From assembly GCA_050305635.1 (NCBI GenBank), contig JBNLFS010000057.1, forward strand, positions 11,347 to 75,346: 64,000 nucleotides of DNA. The letters are read 5' to 3'. Of this stretch, positions 60,197 to 64,000 are shown in pieces. A program made the position numbers and the translations under genes. A model generated the notes under the pieces. It had not been told where the DNA came from. It saw nothing but the letters and a program-made list of their open reading frames with translations, and did no database searches. Within the stretch, counting starts at the first letter, position 1; every line of letters begins with the position of its first letter. This stretch comes from Candidatus Thiodiazotropha sp. Its GTDB lineage: Bacteria > Pseudomonadota > Gammaproteobacteria > Chromatiales > Chromatiaceae.

Positions 60197-61053
60197 CGAA
60201 GTTTATCAAGAACTCCACCGACATGCTCGGCGTTGGCTTGTTCATCGCCACGGCGCTGCACGCCTTCGCCATTCTGGGGATCGCCTTCAAGCCCACCGAC
60301 CCGAGCCAACCCGAGTTCCGCCAGCAGAGCCTTGAAGTAATGGTGGTGCGGCGTCTCGCGGAACCGCCCAAGCCGGACGAAGAGGCCGATTTTCTCGCCC
60401 AGACCAGCCAGACCGGCGGCGGCGAGGAGACCGAGCGGGTCAAACCGCAGATTGCCGAGGCCCCAATGCCGGTCACCCCGGCGCAGCCCCAGCCACCGGA
60501 GGAGCAGACGGTCGAGCAGCCCCGCAACCCGGTGATCACCACGGAAGTATCCGAACAGCAGGTTCCCCTTGAACCCCCGGCGGAGATTCCCCCATCCCCC
60601 CTGCCCTCGGCACGGCAACTCCTGGTGAGCAAAAACCTGGAGATCGCGCGCCTCACCGCGGAACTGGAGCGCAAGACCCAGGCCTATGCGAAAATGCCCA
60701 AACGCAAGGCGATCAGCGCCAGCACCAAGGAGTACAAGTACGCCGCCTACCTGGACGCCTGGCGACGCAAGGTGGAGCGCATCGGCAACCTGAACTATCC
60801 GGACCAGGCCCGCCGCGACAAGCTCTACGGCAACCTGGTTCTGCACGTTGCGGTGAAGTCCGATGGCAGCGTGGAGCAGATCCGGGTACTGCACTCCTCC
60901 GGGCATCAGCTCCTGGATGATGCCGCGGTTCGCATCGTGCGCCTGGCCGCCCCCTTCTCCCCCTTCCCGAACGAGATCCGGGAGGAAACGGACATTCTCG
61001 ACATCACTCGTACCTGGCAGTTTCTCCGCAGTGGTCAGCTGTACTCCGAATAG
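60193..61053 (+). CDS. Energy transducer TonB family protein
   Basis: N-terminal TM with ALH, Pro-rich linker, YLDAWRRKVERIGNLNYP, SSGHQLLDDAAVRIVRLAAPF; conserved gshB-tonB-algH context. Confidence 0.88.
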   Translation: MTKFIKNSTDMLGVGLFIATALHAFAILGIAFKPTDPSQPEFRQQSLEVMVVRRLAEPPKPDEEADFLAQTSQTGGGEETERVKPQIAEAPMPVTPAQPQPPEEQTVEQPRNPVITTEVSEQQVPLEPPAEIPPSPLPSARQLLVSKNLEIARLTAELERKTQAYAKMPKRKAISASTKEYKYAAYLDAWRRKVERIGNLNYPDQARRDKLYGNLVLHVAVKSDGSVEQIRVLHSSGHQLLDDAAVRIVRLAAPFSPFPNEIREETDILDITRTWQFLRSGQLYSE

Positions 61054-61085
61054 CGGTTGCAGCCATACGCCTGCGATTGGATACT

Positions 61086-61655
61086 ATGCACATGCAACCA
61101 GACAGCAATCTCACGAATCATTTTCTTATCGCCATGCCGCGGCTCGAGGATCCCAACTTCTTCCATACGGTGACCTACATCTGCGAGCACTCTGAAGACG
61201 GCGCCATGGGCATTGTCATCAACCGTCCCATGGAGCTGCATCTGGCGGATATCTTTGAACAGCTGGAGATCCCAGTGACCTCCGAACTCATTGCCGAGCA
61301 ACCCGTATACAACGGCGGGCCGGTGCAGAGCGACCGGGGCTTCGTACTGCATGACAGCAGTTCGGAATGGGCCTCGACACTCCGGGTGACCCCGCACATC
61401 AGTGTCACGACATCCCTGGATATCCTCGAAGCCATCGCCGCGGGCAAAGGGCCGAAGCACAACCTCATTGCCTTGGGTTATGCCGGCTGGGGCGCCGGGC
61501 AACTGGAAAACGAACTGGCCCAGAACGCCTGGCTGAACGGTCCTGCCGAGAGCCACATCATCTTTGAGCGGGCCAGTGAGGAGCGTTGGCAGGCAGCCGC
61601 GAACCTGATCGGCATCGACCTGAACCTGTTGAGCGGGGATGCCGGACACGCCTGA
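61086..61655 (+). CDS. algH: YqgE/AlgH family protein
   Basis: HFLIAMP, YICEH..GAMGIVINRP, GGPVQSDRGFVLH, LGYAGWGAGQLE, GDAGHA. Confidence 0.95.
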   Translation: MHMQPDSNLTNHFLIAMPRLEDPNFFHTVTYICEHSEDGAMGIVINRPMELHLADIFEQLEIPVTSELIAEQPVYNGGPVQSDRGFVLHDSSSEWASTLRVTPHISVTTSLDILEAIAAGKGPKHNLIALGYAGWGAGQLENELAQNAWLNGPAESHIIFERASEERWQAAANLIGIDLNLLSGDAGHA

Positions 61656-61812
61656 CCCCGCGAACCTCAAGGCGGCCTATCCCCGCGCGCCCTGCCCGGG
61701 TCTGAAGGTTCCGGAGCCGATTCTGGAGCCACTGATCCCTGCCGGTGTGTCGCCGCAATCGCACCCCGGGCCGTTCCATGAAGGATACAGAATCAAAGAC
61801 GAGGTATACGAG

Positions 61813-62211
61813 ATGGGAACCCTGCTCGGGTTCGATTACGGCACGCGCAAGATCGGGGTTGCGGTGGGTCAGACCCTGACCGGCACCGCCACCCCGTTGG
61901 AAACCCTCACCCTGGTCAGCCATCAACCGGATTGGAAGCGCATCAGCGCGCTGATCGCGGAGTGGCAGCCTGAGGCCCTGGTGGTGGGACTGCCCCTGGA
62001 TGTGGACGACAGTGAAACCGACGCCACCCAACCGGCGCTGCGCTTTTCCAGGCAGCTGCAAGGCCGGTTCAATCTGCCGGTGCATCTGGCGGACGAGCGC
62101 TTTACCTCTTTCGAGGCCAGGGATCGGCTGGGACATCGGGCCAAACGGTACGAGGAATACGATGCCGTCGCCGCCAAACTGATATTGGAAACCTGGTTAA
62201 ATGAACAGTAA
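61813..62211 (+). CDS. ruvX: YqgF/RuvX pre-16S rRNA nuclease
   Basis: [36 protein letters not shown]; GAGG RBS. Confidence 0.93.
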   Translation: MGTLLGFDYGTRKIGVAVGQTLTGTATPLETLTLVSHQPDWKRISALIAEWQPEALVVGLPLDVDDSETDATQPALRFSRQLQGRFNLPVHLADERFTSFEARDRLGHRAKRYEEYDAVAAKLILETWLNEQ

Positions 62212-62767
62212 CACGACCTTTATGGATGCCGATGCCGTCGAGTCCCTGGTGGACGTCATGGCCGGCAAGGCCTGGACCCTGCTGAACGAGCGCGGCATCA
62301 CCGACCCGTTGATGGTGGGCATCCGCACCGGCGGCGTCTGGGTAGCGGAGCGGCTGCATCAGGAACTGGGACTGCAGGAGCCTCTGGGTACCCTGGACAT
62401 CTCCTTCTACCGGGACGATTTCACCCGCATCGGCATGAACCCGGAGGTGCACCCCTCCAGTCTGCCGGTGCCGGTGGATGATCGACACATCATTCTGGTC
62501 GACGATGTACTGCACACCGGCCGCACCATCCGCGCCGCGCTGAACGAAATCTTCGACTACGGTCGGCCGGCCTCGATCATACTCGCCACCCTGGTCGATC
62601 GCAGTGGACGGGAACTGCCCATCCAGCCGGATATCGCCGGACTGCACCCGAGTCTGGATGCGGATCAGCATATCACCCTGATCGGCCCCGACCCCCTGAA
62701 ACTGATTCTCGGCGGCAAGAGCAACCGAACCTCCCGACGCAGTGACGAACAGGAACATCAGCCATGA
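62201..62767 (+). CDS. pyrR: Bifunctional pyr regulator/UPRTase PyrR
   Basis: [40 protein letters not shown]. Confidence 0.94.
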   Translation: MNSNTTFMDADAVESLVDVMAGKAWTLLNERGITDPLMVGIRTGGVWVAERLHQELGLQEPLGTLDISFYRDDFTRIGMNPEVHPSSLPVPVDDRHIILVDDVLHTGRTIRAALNEIFDYGRPASIILATLVDRSGRELPIQPDIAGLHPSLDADQHITLIGPDPLKLILGGKSNRTSRRSDEQEHQP

Positions 62768-63753
62768 GCGTGAGCAACAAGGCGCTGCAACTCGACAGTG
62801 AGAAACGGCTGCTGCACTTTCTCACTATCGACGGTCTCGACAAGGGAATACTCACCGAGATTCTAGACACTGCTGAGGGATTCACCGGGGTCTCCGAACG
62901 CACCATCAAGAAGGTTCCCCTGTGCCGCGGCAAGGTGGTGGCCAATCTGTTTTTCGAAAACAGCACCCGCACCCGCACCACCTTCGAACTGGCGGCCAAG
63001 CGACTCTCCGCTGACGTTTTGAATCTCAATATCAGCGCCTCCGCCACCTCCAAGGGTGAAACCCTGCTGGATACCCTGCGCAATCTCGAAGCGATGCACG
63101 TGGACATGTTCGTGGTGCGTCACGCCACCAGCGGCGCGGCCCATTTCATCGCCCAGCACGCGGACCATGGCGTGGGAGTAATCAACGCCGGAGACGGACG
63201 CCATGCCCACCCCACCCAGGCGATGCTCGACATGTTCACCATCCGCCGTCACAAACAGGAGTTCGTGGGACTGCGGGTGGCCATCGTCGGGGATATCCTG
63301 CACTCCCGGGTGGCGCGTTCCCAGATCCTCGCCCTGAACACCCTGGGCGTCTCCGAGGTCCGGGTGGTGGCGCCGCGAACCCTGCTACCGAATGACACCC
63401 GCAGCATGGGCGTGCACGTCTACCATGACATGGACGAAGGCATTCGGGACGTGGATGTCATCATCATGCTGCGATTGCAGAAAGAGCGCATGAACGGTGC
63501 TCTGCTGCCCTCGGAACACGAGTATTTCCGCCTCTACGGCCTGACCGAACGACGCCTCTCGCTGGCAAAATCGGATGTCATCGTCATGCATCCCGGGCCG
63601 ATCAACCGGGGCGTCGAAATGGACTCCCAGGTGGCCGACGGCTCCAGGTCGGTGATCCTGCAACAGGTCAGCTACGGCATCGCCATCCGCATGGCGGTAA
63701 TCTCCATGGTGATCGGCACCCAGAACCTGCGCATGCAGGAGGTGGCGGGATGA
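62764..63753 (+). CDS. pyrB: Aspartate carbamoyltransferase catalytic subunit
   Basis: [46 protein letters not shown]. Confidence 0.97.
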   Translation: MSVSNKALQLDSEKRLLHFLTIDGLDKGILTEILDTAEGFTGVSERTIKKVPLCRGKVVANLFFENSTRTRTTFELAAKRLSADVLNLNISASATSKGETLLDTLRNLEAMHVDMFVVRHATSGAAHFIAQHADHGVGVINAGDGRHAHPTQAMLDMFTIRRHKQEFVGLRVAIVGDILHSRVARSQILALNTLGVSEVRVVAPRTLLPNDTRSMGVHVYHDMDEGIRDVDVIIMLRLQKERMNGALLPSEHEYFRLYGLTERRLSLAKSDVIVMHPGPINRGVEMDSQVADGSRSVILQQVSYGIAIRMAVISMVIGTQNLRMQEVAG

Positions 63754-64000
63754 AAAAGAAAAAGAAAAAAGACATCAGTATCCTCAACGGCCGGGTGATC
63801 GATCCGGCCAACGGCATCGATCAGGTCATCGATCTGCACATCGCCCGCGGCAAGATACTCGCTCTGGGTGAGGCCCCCGAGGATTTCCTGCCCAGCCTGA
63901 CCATCGACGCCAGCAATCAGGTGGTCTGCCCTGGTCTGATCGACCTGTGCACCCATCTCAGGGAGCCGGGCAAGGAGCACAAGGCGACCATCGCCAGCGA
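63750..64000 (+). CDS. pyrC: Dihydroorotase-like protein (probably catalytically inactive PyrC'), truncated by the right edge
   Basis: ATG overlaps the pyrB stop (ATGA); [24 protein letters not shown]...[32 protein letters not shown]. Confidence 0.85.
   Translation, partial: MKKKKKKDISILNGRVIDPANGIDQVIDLHIARGKILALGEAPEDFLPSLTIDASNQVVCPGLIDLCTHLREPGKEHKATIAS

Noticed and set aside
61639-61812. 58-aa N-terminal extension of RuvX
   Set aside because: A good GAGG RBS precedes ATG 61813, and family similarity starts there

Overview
High-GC gammaproteobacterial chromosome segment. Gene order and content resemble Chromatiales/Sedimenticolaceae-type sulfur oxidisers; this placement is inference. 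It is mostly housekeeping: rmuC, mtaB, xthA, yaaA, TatD, galE, uppP, an OlsF-like acyltransferase, metG, metY, rnf/rsxABCDGE, rsmE, a cold-shock protein, an MFS transporter, sdhCAB, zapE, a pilGHIJ-chpA-chpC chemosensory cluster and gshB-tonB-algH-ruvX-pyrR-pyrB-pyrC'. An accessory island of about 8.4 kb (about 18.7-27.1 kb) sits between metG and metY/rnfA. It holds (i) an overlapping two-gene cassette of a multi-TM protein with a degenerate Mrr/REase-like tail and a protein with a C-terminal DUF4062/TIR-like domain, which is the best candidate for an undescribed defence or signalling system, (ii) a MITE, and (iii) an AT-richer module of a double-GNAT and two paralogous secreted 7x FG-GAP proteins with a duplicated Verrucomicrobia-style C-terminal domain. 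Other notable items: a DUF2169 (T6SS/CIS adaptor) gene at the left edge, a DUF1835 gene broken by one in-frame TAG, a Bacillus-type (dihaem b558) succinate:quinone oxidoreductase, a DUF4124-pilin fusion, a ChpA with tandemly expanded Hpt modules, and several families of REP/REPIN/MITE repeats, some nested. No rRNA, tRNA, CRISPR array or transposase was recognised. All family calls come from reading motifs by eye; no database search was run.
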